The notes beneath the pieces are model-generated. The model saw nothing but the letters and a program-made list of their open reading frames with translations, had not been told where the DNA came from and did no database searches. DNA of 64,000 nucleotides from Eledone cirrhosa (Eukaryota), in contig OZ024741.1 of assembly GCA_964016885.1 (NCBI GenBank), positions 415,524,001 through 415,588,000 of the forward strand, in the 5' to 3' direction. Of this stretch, positions 38,774 to 48,886 are shown piece after piece. A program made the translations under genes and the position numbers. Each line of letters begins with the position of its first letter. The stretch's first letter is position 1.

Positions 38774-41275
38774 TTATCCATATAGCTTGAGGAAAGTTCC
38801 CGTCCTTAGGTGTCTGCAGGCGCCGAATAAGTCGGCCCTTCTGTTTAATAGCTTGGTTCCGCCATGAAGTATCTCGAGTGTCTCACTAAGACAGAGGTTG
38901 CAAATACCAGACCCACCTCTGTCTGGGGGAACCTTTCTAACCACGGACCAGACCAAACAGTGTGGGGTCTTTTCAAGTTTGAGCTTCCAGATCAATTCAG
39001 AAAGGGCCGTACATTTCCTTTTTCTATTCTGTGAAAGGACTGGCGATGGTTATACCACCTATCTTTGAAGCTCGTCGCCGTGGATCCTATGTAGTGGTGT
39101 TCCGAGTTATGGGTTGTGACCTTGCACCTGTAGACTACGTTTTTTGTCATGCATTCATTACTAAGGGGGCATAGTGATGGGTCTCTGCAATTGCATGACT
39201 TCTTAAGCACCAGCACATGTACCGCGTGGTTACCATCATGCGGGGTTGGCTGGGTAGCTACCGCAATCAGCACAGGGGCATTGGGTTCCAGTGTGCTAGT
39301 TGGGCCTGTCCGGGGTCTGGTGTGTCCTGCGTGCTGGTTCCGTTGGGTAGCTCCGGGGTTTATGGTGGTATTAGAGGCAGTGAGCCTATTCCTATTTATG
39401 CCAGCTATGTGCTGGGCTACAGAGCGTGTGGTTGAGTAGGAAAGTTTCACCGTGTGCCTGTTGAATATTTTATGGTACCTGTGGGCCCTAGGGAAACATT
39501 TATCCAGTACTCTAAAGAATGTTCTAGCCATGCTGGTACGCAGACCCACCGAGTATGGGGGGGGGGGTTTATAACACGTGACCTTCCTGGTCCTATTCTT
39601 GCGGCGTTGTTGGGTGTCCGCCGTGGTCCATTGTGGGGTTGTGCACAGCTCAGTTCGAGCTCGGTTGGTGTCACTTGGGTGTGCAGAGCGGTCACTATCA
39701 TGAGGGTTATATGGGCCCACCGTGGGGCTATAAACCTGCGCGGTGCAGCCTCCCTGCTCAATGAGGGTTCGGCCGGTGCAGGGGTGCCTATGCTCCCTAC
39801 TACAGGGGTCTTCAACGTTGTAGGTATTAGATCGGTGGGGTATGCGGGACCTTCTACCGGGGGTGGTGACGGATAGGGGTCTGGGAGTGTTACTACTGGT
39901 CACCGAGGTATTAGGTGGGCGACTCATGCCCCTGAGGGTATTGGCCCGGGGCACCCTTGAGTCATCTCGATCATGCTCCTTAGGGTTATAGCTGATCCTA
40001 TCACTGTGGGACACCTTAGCTAGCGCTGAGTTATAATGATCAGCATTACTATTGAAGATCTCTTTATTGGCCGACAAGTTAGAGATCCTGTCAGAGACAC
40101 TCTTAACTAAGGCCTTAATTATAGATCTAGGGTGATTGGACCCAGCGTTGATATACACCAGCTTCTCATTGGGTTTATGATATGGGTGGTGTAGCTTGGT
40201 GTTGAGGTTGAGGGTGGTGTCCTGGAAATTCACTACTTTTCTATTGGGTTCCATCTCTACCTTAAGTCCTACCTTGCTAAAAAAAAGTGTCTAATTCTCC
40301 TCTTCATATTTTCGACCATTGTGGTGTTGTGGTCCACGACGGTGAAGAGTGCATCATCTCGGTACAGTCTGCCACCCAGGTTGGGTATTTCGCTCCTGAT
40401 CTCGTAGAGTATGTATATCCCAACCAGGTCCGTTAGCTGGGCGGAGTCACTGGAGCCCACTGTAATGTTAAAATTATTTGGCCAGTCACTCCGGGTCCAT
40501 ATGTCACCACCGAATCGGATCAGGGTCTTTCTGGCGGCGTGTATGATTCGGACCTCGTCACGTGTTAGGTCTGTCCTATTCATTGCGAATATGAGTGCCT
40601 TGTTCAGGACTATGGGCGAGATAGAGGAGTAGTAATTGTTGATATCTAGTTGTATGAAGCTAGTCCTATGTTTGTCAGGTAAAAATGTAAACCAGTCCAG
40701 CACTTGGTTGGTGCAGGACCAGAGTTGTAACCTTATTTTACTCTTAAGTGTTTGCAGGATCCTATCTAAAATGCTTTTGCTAATTACCCCCATGTCTGAC
40801 CGGGAGGGGGCTATCAGTCTGACCGTCAGGTTAGACTCAGAGTTTGGTTTGTGGTCCTTAATGGTAAAGTTGAACATCCATGCTGTAAAGGTTGTTGGTT
40901 TTGTCGGCATGGACGAGTATACCTGTAGATTTCTTAAACTCGGTAATTCCATTTTCCAGTCATCTAAGGTACTCTCGACCCCGGTATGGTTGGTCGGAAA
41001 ATTTGATGTTGGAAATGATGCCAATCATTTCGTTCTCAAACTCCTCCAATAGTCTGTTGTGTGTGTGTGTGTGGGGGGGGGGTCCTTTTTGATCTGAAGA
41101 GGCACTCCATGGTTTTTATGTTATTAGTATTGGGGTTTCCTCTATCAAAGTGGTAAGCCCTCCACCACATCCTGCGTATTAGGGAATCAGTACTCTTAGT
41201 GAGATTCCTGGTGTATTCTCGTTTACCCGGTAATGGGATGTCCTTCAGTGATGTCAGAGTGGTGAGTTTATTCAT
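38774..41275 (-). pseudogene. PLE polyprotein remnant: reverse transcriptase + C-terminal GIY-YIG endonuclease, frameshifted
   Basis: SLKDIPLP; ILVHADKTNNLY in an alternative frame at about 40885-40920; KDHKPN; QLDINNYYSSI; GSSDSAQLTDLVG; YRDD; CNCx5Cx5C linker; VVY...YIGST...FKDRWYNH; CNLCLSE. Confidence 0.92.
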
Positions 41276-41736
41276 ATTGGCTGTGGTCCTCTACTGTATG
41301 GAGCGCTCAACAGGGTGTGGAGCATGGGGTAAGCAAGAAAGTGTTGGTAAAATCCAGTACTTCAGTATGCGGATAGGGAGCAGTCAAGTTCCGGAGTTAT
41401 AATAGTGACGAAACTGCATGAGTCAATTGCATGAACTCATAATCCATTATTTACTGCTATATATATTTCAATGATAGCCAGTAGAAACAATTATTATATA
41501 TATAATATATATAAACGAAGGAAATGTGGTAAGGAACCAGATGGACCATAACGCACCAAAGTACTCAATACTTAGGGTAGTAGAGTGGGTCCTACTCGTT
41601 CCTATATATATATATATATATATTCATTAGTTAAGCAAAACAAGACCTCAAATTTCACAAGAAGACATTATGAAAAGATTGTCAACATATTTTAGTTTGA
41701 TGTAAGGAATGTAGAGAATAATAATAATAATATTAA

Positions 41737-41866
41737 TAATTGTTTCTACTTTTGGCACAAGGCCAGCAATTACCCAGTGTATTACTGGTACTTTATTTTA
41801 TCGATCCCATAAGGATGAAAGGCAAAGTTAACCTCGGCGGGATTTGAACTCAGAATGGCAAGGGCC
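41737..41866 (-). mobile_element. tRNA-derived SINE, 5'-truncated
   Basis: Same family as 33012-33174 and 42555-42736 (GGATGAAAGGCAAAGTTAACCTCGGCGGGATTTGAACTCAG). Confidence 0.85.
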
Positions 41867-41879
41867 AATAATAATGTCC

Positions 41880-41998
41880 GTTTACAATTGTTTCGCTACT
41901 CCATATAATATTTCTGGATCAGATGACTATATATCATTATTGATCTGGTTCAGTTGAAAATAATTAACATATTTAAAAACAGAGCGGCTCATCGGAAC
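41880..41998 (-). ncRNA. Candidate minimal hammerhead ribozyme with a long stem II insert
   Basis: Minus strand reads GTT-CCGATGA-GCCGCTCT...GGAGTAGC-GAAAC-AATT-GTA-AAC. Stem III is one C-G pair plus a palindromic AATT loop; the core has a U4C change. Confidence 0.65.
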
Positions 41999-42248
41999 TT
42001 CAAAGGAATATAAATTATAATAAGGAGAGAATGGTCTTGTTTTGCTTAACTAATGAATATTTCCAGCTCTGCGCGCCTAACTTCTGCATGAACCCAGCCA
42101 CCTAGCTGCTTTCTACTGCATATTGCACATTGAGCACATGCCTTTACGCTTTGGCCTCTAACTAATTCACCAATCTCTCCTCTCCTATCTCCATCTCTTT
42201 CTTTAAGATTGGTTACTCTTGAACTGTGTATATATATATATATATATA

Positions 42249-42345
42249 GGTTGTGAGTTCAATTCTCAGACCGGGTCATGTGTTGTTTCCTTGAGCAAGA
42301 CACTTTATTTCACATTGCTCCAGTTTACTCAGCTGTAGAAATGAG
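42249..42345 (+). mobile_element. CORE-like SINE fragment (dispersed relative of the 45-bp satellite)
   Basis: B box-like GAGTTCAATTC, then TGTTTCCTTGAGCAAGACACTTTATTTCACATTGCTCCAGTTTAC at 42284-42328. Confidence 0.8.
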
Positions 42346-42374
42346 ATGATAGGGACTGGGGTCCCTATCATTCC

Positions 42375-42541
42375 ACTGCAAAGTGGTCGTGGAGGTGCCA
42401 CGGCAAAAAAGCACCCAGCACTCACTGTAAATGAGGTTGGTGTTAGGAAGGGCATCCAGCTGTAGAAATCAAGCCAGAATCAGTTCCCGTCCCACCCTTG
42501 CAAGCAGGAAAAAGCGGACGTAAAATGAAATGATGATGATA
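42375..42541 (+). mobile_element. RTE 3' UTR/tail fragment
   Basis: Reverse complement of 31260-31410 type sequence, ending in a (GAT)n tail. Confidence 0.75.
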
Positions 42542-42554
42542 TATATATATAATA

Positions 42555-42736
42555 ATTGTTTCTACTACTTTTGGCACAAGGTCAGTACATTACTGGTACT
42601 TTATTTTATCGACCCAGTAAGGATGAAAGGCAAAGTTAACCTCGGCGGGATTTGAACTCAGAATGGAAAGGGCCGTAACTCTATGCGTCAAAGAATGGAG
42701 TCCGACCCTCTACCGATACTGCCAATCCACCGCCTT
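42555..42736 (-). mobile_element. tRNA-derived SINE
   Basis: Minus strand GGCGGTGGATTGGCAGTATCGGTAGAG...GAGTTCAAATCCCGCC (A and B boxes). Confidence 0.88.
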
Positions 42737-42912
42737 CATATATATATAATAGGGTTAAAGTATCGTAGGAGAGGATGAATCGGAGATATACAAAGAGGTG
42801 CGATACAGAATACTAAATACCAATAGCCGAAGTGTAGTGTGCTCGATACTTGGGTTGGCAGAGTTAAATATTAGAGGAGGTTAATATTTAGTGTGGTTTA
42901 AGCGTGGGAATA

Positions 42913-42988
42913 AGTGGATGAAGGAGTTACAAGCCGTTACATTTCTTTATATAAAGAAATGTAACGACTTATAACTCTTTCATCCACT
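42913..42988. repeat. Spacerless 76-bp near-perfect palindrome
   Basis: AGTGGATGAAGGAGTTACAAGCCGTTACATTTCTTTAT|ATAAAGAAATGTAACGACTTATAACTCTTTCATCCACT. Confidence 0.93.
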
Positions 42989-43000
42989 CATTCATTTGCC

Positions 43001-43049
<49 letters not shown>

Positions 43050-43267
43050 CTCTGTATGATATACTTTTATCATACACTTTAACTGTTAGCACACTTCTTA
43101 ATATATATCTTAATTAATTACCAACACAAGCACTAATTATAGGCAAATTAGTATGTCCATTTCAGAATCATACTAAAAGCAGGTGGGTATATAAGCCCAC
43201 TAAATACATGTCTCCTAGTTGTTTGGCTGATAAACATGCCTTCTGATGAGGGTCCAAATAGGTCTGG

Positions 43268-43440
43268 AAATTGGCAGAATCGGTAGAGCGTCGACCAACT
43301 CTCATTACAGCATATAGTCATGTCTCTTTACATTCTGAGTTCAAATCCCGCTGAGGTTAACTTTGCTTTTCATCCTTACAAGGTCAATAAAATAAAGTAC
43401 CAGTAACGTACTAGGGTCAATTTAATCAACTCACCCCCAC
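43268..43440 (+). mobile_element. tRNA-derived SINE
   Basis: TTGGCAGAATCGGTAGAG...CTGAGTTCAAATCCCGCTGAGGTTAACTTTGCTTTTCATCC. Confidence 0.85.
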
Positions 43441-43477
43441 CATCCCCCAAAATAGATTGTTGGACTTAATTTCATAA

Positions 43478-43820
43478 TGTTGTGGGTTCGATTCCTGGGC
43501 TGAGTTGGGTGTTGTGTTCTTGAGCAAATCACTTCATTTCATGTTGCTCCAGTATACTCAGCTGAAAATTAGTACCAACAATAACTGTGGGTTTAACCCT
43601 GCGAGGGACTGGCATCCTGGCCAGGGGAGGAGTCTTGTACTCTCAGTCAGTTCATGTCATGAAGTACTGACCTGATGAGTGACTGGGGGTACCTGAGGCA
43701 GCCTTTAACTCTGCGATAGACTGGTGTCTTGTCTAGAGGGAAGTCATGTACTCTCTGTAACTTCATGCCATGAATAAGCGCCTGCCTGATGAGCCTTCTG
43801 GCTTCAGACAGTCTTTAGGT
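43478..43820 (+). mobile_element. Older CORE-like SINE with a duplicated 3' part
   Basis: GGTTCGATTCC B box, then TGTGTTCTTGAGCAAATCACTTCATTTCATGTTGCTCCAGT. The segment CTGCGA..GACTGG...CCTGATGAG occurs twice (about 43600-43680 and 43710-43795). Confidence 0.7.
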
Positions 43821-43896
43821 TAGGTAGGACGTGTACCTAAATCAGAAACCATTATTGTTATTTACCGATATTTAATCCAATACATTGTATTTCCAG

Positions 43897-44085
43897 GAAA
43901 GACCTCAGTATAGAAGACACAACACAAGTTATGGAACAACCTACAATAGAACAACTTGATGAAGAGTTATATCCCTTGGTAGAAGAGCGTCCATTAGAGA
44001 GATCTTCATTTGACATGTCTATATCATCTAGTAAATCATCTGAAGAAAAACTTCCCACGTCTACACACCTTGAATATATTGTAAG
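43897..44085 (+). CDS. REC8: Kleisin exon E (189 bp, phase 2 to 2): RKDLSIEDTTQVMEQPTIEQLDEELYPLVEERPLERSSFDMSISSSKSSEEKLPTSTHLEYIV
   Basis: Acceptor tttccAG and donor GTAAGA; stop-free acidic/Ser-rich linker in the required phase. Confidence 0.85.
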
Positions 44086-44183
44086 GTAAGAAATAAAACT
44101 TGTTTGTTGATTGTGTTTATTTTATAAATTGTATTTCTTTAAGTTCTGCTCCATCAATCTCATTCCCGCTTGTCTCCTCTCCC

Positions 44184-44236
<53 letters not shown>

Positions 44237-44625
44237 CCTCTCATTCTTTAGACTCTCTTTCTTTCTCTCCCACTCTCCAATATGCAGTTATATCTTAATC
44301 TGACCTTTTACTCTACATATAGTATCCAGCTGTTTACAGCTACCCTTCCTGCTGAGAACACTACAAGTTTATGAAAATTTGTATTTCTTTATATATTGTG
44401 TATTCTTTAAAAGGGCCATTTAGGTCAGGTCAGGCTTCAGCCTGCTACTGGTACCATGTGATCCAGTATGTTACTGGTACCATGTAACTCAATATGTTAC
44501 TGGTACCATGTAACCCAGTACAAAACTATTTCAAGGTTGAGTGATCAACCGTACTCAATACTTGAGCTGGTGGTGGCGGTGGTAATACTTAATCTTGTAA
44601 AAATATATTTTAAATTATATCCCAG

Positions 44626-44735
44626 GGCTGTGGAGAGGAACACCAAAACTCAACGTTGGACAACATTCAGAGAAATTTGTCCACCTAAACAAGTTATTAA
44701 GCGAAGAGCAGCTGTTTTGTTTCATACTGTACTGA
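44626..44735 (+). CDS. REC8: Kleisin exon F (110 bp, phase 2 to 1): RAVERNTKTQRWTTFREICPPKQVIKRRAAVLFHTVL
   Basis: Acceptor atcccAG and donor GTAAGT. F..I.P....KRRAAVLFHTVL matches the Rad21/Rec8 C-terminal winged-helix RxxAAxxFYxLL motif. Confidence 0.87.
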
Positions 44736-44759
44736 GTAAGTTGAATTACTATTTCAATA

Positions 44760-45185
44760 TCATCATCATCATCATTTTACATCCACTTTTCCATGCTTGT
44801 ATGGGTTGGATGGGTCTTTTTCAGCACATCATCTCTCCACACATCACAATACATTGTCATATCTTCTGTGAGCTTCTGTGATTTGAGATCAGCTCTCACT
44901 ACTTCAGGCCAGGTCTTTCTTGGTTTACTTCTAATGCAGCTTCCTTCCACTGGGATTTCTTGGCACTTCTTCACCCAGAAATCATCATCCATGCACATCA
45001 TATGTCCATACCTGTGCAGTCTTCTCTCCTGTACACATCTGGTTTCTTCTTATATTCAGTTCATCCATACTTTGTCATTCACACACATTAACATTGCACA
45101 TCCATTGAAGCATGCTGTCTTCATTTCTCTCCAGCCCTTGCCCATCCTTTGCAGTGTAGCCCATGTCTCACTACCATGTAGCATC
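44760..45185 (-). mobile_element. RTE LINE 3' fragment continuous with the 66-bp array
   Basis: (CAT)n tail at 44760; collinear with 27928-28370 up to the MLHGSETWA codons. Confidence 0.88.
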
Positions 45186-47684
45186 GTACAGTTCTTAATG
45201 TCCTGTACTGCAGTGCAGCCCATGTCTCACTACCATGTAGCATCGTACAGTTCTTAATGTCCTGTACTGCAGTGCAGCCCATGTCTCACTACCATGTAGC
45301 ATCGTACAGTTCTTAATGTCCTGTACTGCAGTGCAGCCCATGTCTCACTACCATGTAGCATCGTACAGCCGACAGTTCTTAATGTCCTGTACTGCAGTGC
45401 AGCCCATGTCTCACTACCATGTAGCATCGTACAGTTGTTAATGTCCTGTACTGCAGTGCAGCCCATGTCTCACTACCATGTAGCATCGTACAGCCGACAG
45501 TTCTTAATGTCCTGTACTGCAGTGTAGCCCATGTCTCACTACCATGTAGCATCGTACAGCCAACACTTCTTAATGTCCTGTACTGCAGTGCAGCCCATGT
45601 CTCACTACCATGTAGCATCGTACAGCCGACAGTTCTTAATGTCCTGTACTGCAGTGCAGCCCATGTCTCACTACCATGTAGCATCGTACAGCCAACACTT
45701 CTTAATGTCCTGTACTGCAGTGCAGCCCATGTCTCACTACCATGTAGCATCGTACAGCCGACAGTTCTTAATGTCCTGTACTGCAGTGTAGCCCATGTCT
45801 CACTACCATGTAGCATCGTACAGCCGACACTTCTTAATGTCCTGTACTGCAGTGCAGCCCATGTCTCACTACCATGTAGCATCGTACAGTTCTTAATGTC
45901 CTGTACTGCAGTGCAGCCCATGTCTCACTACCATGTAGCATCGTACAGCCGACAGTTCTTAATGTCCTGTACTGCAGTGTAGCCCATGTCTCACTACCAT
46001 GTAGCATCGTACAGCCAACACTTCTTAATGTCCTGTACTGCAGTGCAGCCCATGTCTCACTACCATGTAGCATCGTACAGCCGACAGTTCTTAATGTCCT
46101 GTACTGCAGTGCAGCCCATGTCTCACTACCATGTAGCATCGTACAGCCGACACTTCTTAATGTCCTGTACTGCAGTGCAGCCCATGTCTCACTACCATGT
46201 AGCATCGTACAGCCAACACTTCTTAATGTCCTGTACTGCAGTGCAGCCCATGTCTCACTACCATGTAGCATCGTACAGCCGACAGTTCTTAATGTCCTGT
46301 ACTGCAGTGCAGCCCATGTCTCACTACCATGTAGCATCGTACAGCGACACTTCTTAATGTCCTGTACTGCAGTGCAGCCCATGTCTCACTACCATGTAGC
46401 ATCGTACAACCGACAGTTCTTAACGTCCTGTACTGCAGTGCAGCCCATGTCTCACTACCATGTAGCATCGTACAGCCGACAGTTCTTAATGTCCTGTACT
46501 GCAGTGCAGCCCATGTCTCACTACCATGTAGCATCGTACAGCCGACAGTTCTTAATGTCCTGTTCTGCAGTGCAGCCCATGTCTCACTACCATGTAGCAT
46601 CGTACAACCGACAGTTCTTAATGTCCTGTACTGCAGTGCAGCCCATGTCTCACTACCATGTAGCATCGTACAGCCGACAGTTCTTAATGTCCTGTACTGC
46701 AGTGTAGCCCATGTCTCACTACCATGTAGCATCGTACAGCCAAATCTTCTTAATGTCCTGTACTGCAGTGCAGCCCATGTCTCACTACCATGTAGCATCG
46801 TACAGCCGACAGTTCTTAATGTCCTGTACTGCAGTGCAGCCCATGTCTCACTACCATGTAGCATCGTACAGCGACACTTCTTAATGTCCTGTACTGCAGT
46901 GCAGCCCATGTCTCACTACCATGTAGCATCGTACAGCCGACAGTTCTTAATGTCCTGTACTGCAGTGTAGCCCATGTCTCACTACCATGTAGCATCGTAC
47001 AGCCGACAGTTCTTAATGTCCTGTACTGCAGTGTAGCCCATGTCTCACTACCATGTAGCATCGTACAGCCAAATCTTCTTAATGTCCTGTACTGCAGTGC
47101 AGCCCATGTCTCACTACCATGTAGCATCGTACAGCCGACAGTTCTTAATGTCCTGTACTGCAGTGCAGCCCATGTCTCACTACCATGTAGCATTGTACAG
47201 CCGACAGTTCTTAATGTCCTGTACTGCAGTGCAGCCCATGTCTCACTACCATGTAGCATCGTACAGCCGACAGTTCTTAATGTCCTGTACTGCAGTGCAG
47301 CCCATGTCTCACTACCATGTAGCATCGTACAGTTCTTAATGTCCTGTACTGCAGTGTAGCCCATGTCTCACTACCATGTAGCATCGTACAGCCAAATCTT
47401 CTTAATGTCCTGTACTGCAGTGCAGCCCATGTCTCACTACCATGTAGCATCGTACAGCCAAATCTTCTTAATGTCCTGTACTGCAGTGCAGCCCATGTCT
47501 CACTACCATGTAGCATCATACAGCCGACACTTCTTAATGTCCTGTACTGCAGTGCAGCCCATGTCTCACTACCATGTAGCATCGTACAGCCGACACTTCT
47601 TAATGTCCTGTACTGCAGTGTAGCCCATGTCTCACTACCATGTAGCATCGTACAGCCGACACTTCTTAATGTCCTGTACTGCAG
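45150..47684. repeat. 66-bp minisatellite (59- and 65-bp variants), about 39 units, derived from RTE coding sequence
   Basis: GCAGTGCAGCCCATGTCTCACTACCATGTAGCATCGTACA[GCCGACA]GTTCTTAATGTCCTGTACT. The minus strand reads CTMLHGSETWAA. Confidence 0.96.
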
Positions 47685-48397
47685 AAAACTACATTAACAA
47701 GTCATCTGCAGTGAAATTATCACGGGTAAATCTGCAGATATGAAACTCAGACTACCCAAATATCTATAAACTGTAGCTACTATGAAAACTCAGCTAATTT
47801 GACAGTCCTTTAATCAGAAATAGCTACCAATAGCTAATTCAAGCTGGTTTTGAGCTCTCTTCTTCTCCCTCTGCTGGTTTCTGGACACAGTTGACAGCCA
47901 ATATTTGACTGTAGCTGTCACTTCTCATTAATTTACTGCTGCAGCTGGGCCAGTAAATGTGCCAAGTATAAGACAATATCTTGTCTCAACAAATATCTTA
48001 TCTCAACCAATATCTCCACAGTCACTCAGAAATTCTAACACATCACAACAAAATACTTTCATCTGTGAACACTACATCAAGTAACCTGCTATCGAAACAT
48101 TCTCTCTTATATCAAACCATTCACATATCCTAGTTGTCTTATATTTTGCTACATGGTGTCATCATATAATACGTCGCAAATAAAAAATATCAAAATAAGC
48201 AATTTTCGTTTACTTGTTGGTCCTAATTGTTATTCAAACATTTAACTTAGTGAATCCCAACATAGGGCACATGCCCCACAGGAGCTGGGGAAGTAGTTCG
48301 ATATTTAAGGTGGGGGGAGGGGGGGGGATTTGATAATGATGTCAATGAGATGAAACTTCAGGTTTTACCTTATAACTTTTACACCAAGACAACTTTG

Positions 48398-48795
48398 GTA
48401 CACATTACTGTCAGAAACTGTCTCACCTTCTCTTCCATGGTAGAAACTCCTGTCTCACCTCCTCCATGGTAGACCACATTACTGTCAGAAACTGATGTCT
48501 CTCTTCCTACATGGTACACTACATTACTGTCAGAAACTCTTTTCTCATCTCTTCTACATGTTATTGTACATGGCACCTCCTATATGGTACACATTGCTGT
48601 CAGAAACTCCTGTCTTACCTCCACCACATGTTACTGTGTATCTGGCACCACCTATATGGTAGACATTACTGTCAGAAACTCTTGTCTCACCTCTCCTACA
48701 TGTTATTGTACATCCGGCACCACCTATATGGTACACATATTACTGTCAGAAACTCCTGTCTCACCTCCACCATGTTGTAGATGGCACCACCTACA
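48398..48795. repeat. Degenerate tandem repeat (about 45-75 bp units)
   Basis: CACATTACTGTCAGAAACTC recurs about six times with variable spacing. Confidence 0.8.
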
Positions 48796-48886
48796 CCAAT
48801 TTGTTTACACTTTGCGGTTGATCATCTGTTTTCATGTCAAAGGGATGGATAACAATTTTTGAGATGCTGTGGTGCAGAAAAGATTA

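Larger units (their letters stand above)
37515..41480 (-). mobile_element. Penelope-like retroelement with terminal direct repeats (pLTRs), antisense in a host intron
   Basis: Direct repeat ATAGTGACGAAAC...GTCAATTGCATGAACTCATAATCC...ATGATAGCCA at 37515-37590 and 41402-41480 flanks an RT + GIY-YIG coding region. Confidence 0.92.
41620..42060 (-). mobile_element. Short element bracketed by a perfect 28-bp inverted repeat, containing a hammerhead fold and a nested SINE fragment
   Basis: ATATTCATTAGTTAAGCAAAACAAGACC at 41620-41647 and GGTCTTGTTTTGCTTAACTAATGAATAT at 42033-42060. Confidence 0.6.

Noticed and set aside
43670-43815. Two CCTGATGAG motifs
   Set aside because: No GAAA follows the stem; they belong to the duplicated SINE 3' part.
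45254-47648. Repetitive ORFs containing MLHGSETWA
   Set aside because: Translation of the 66-bp array, repeatedly broken by 59- and 65-bp units.
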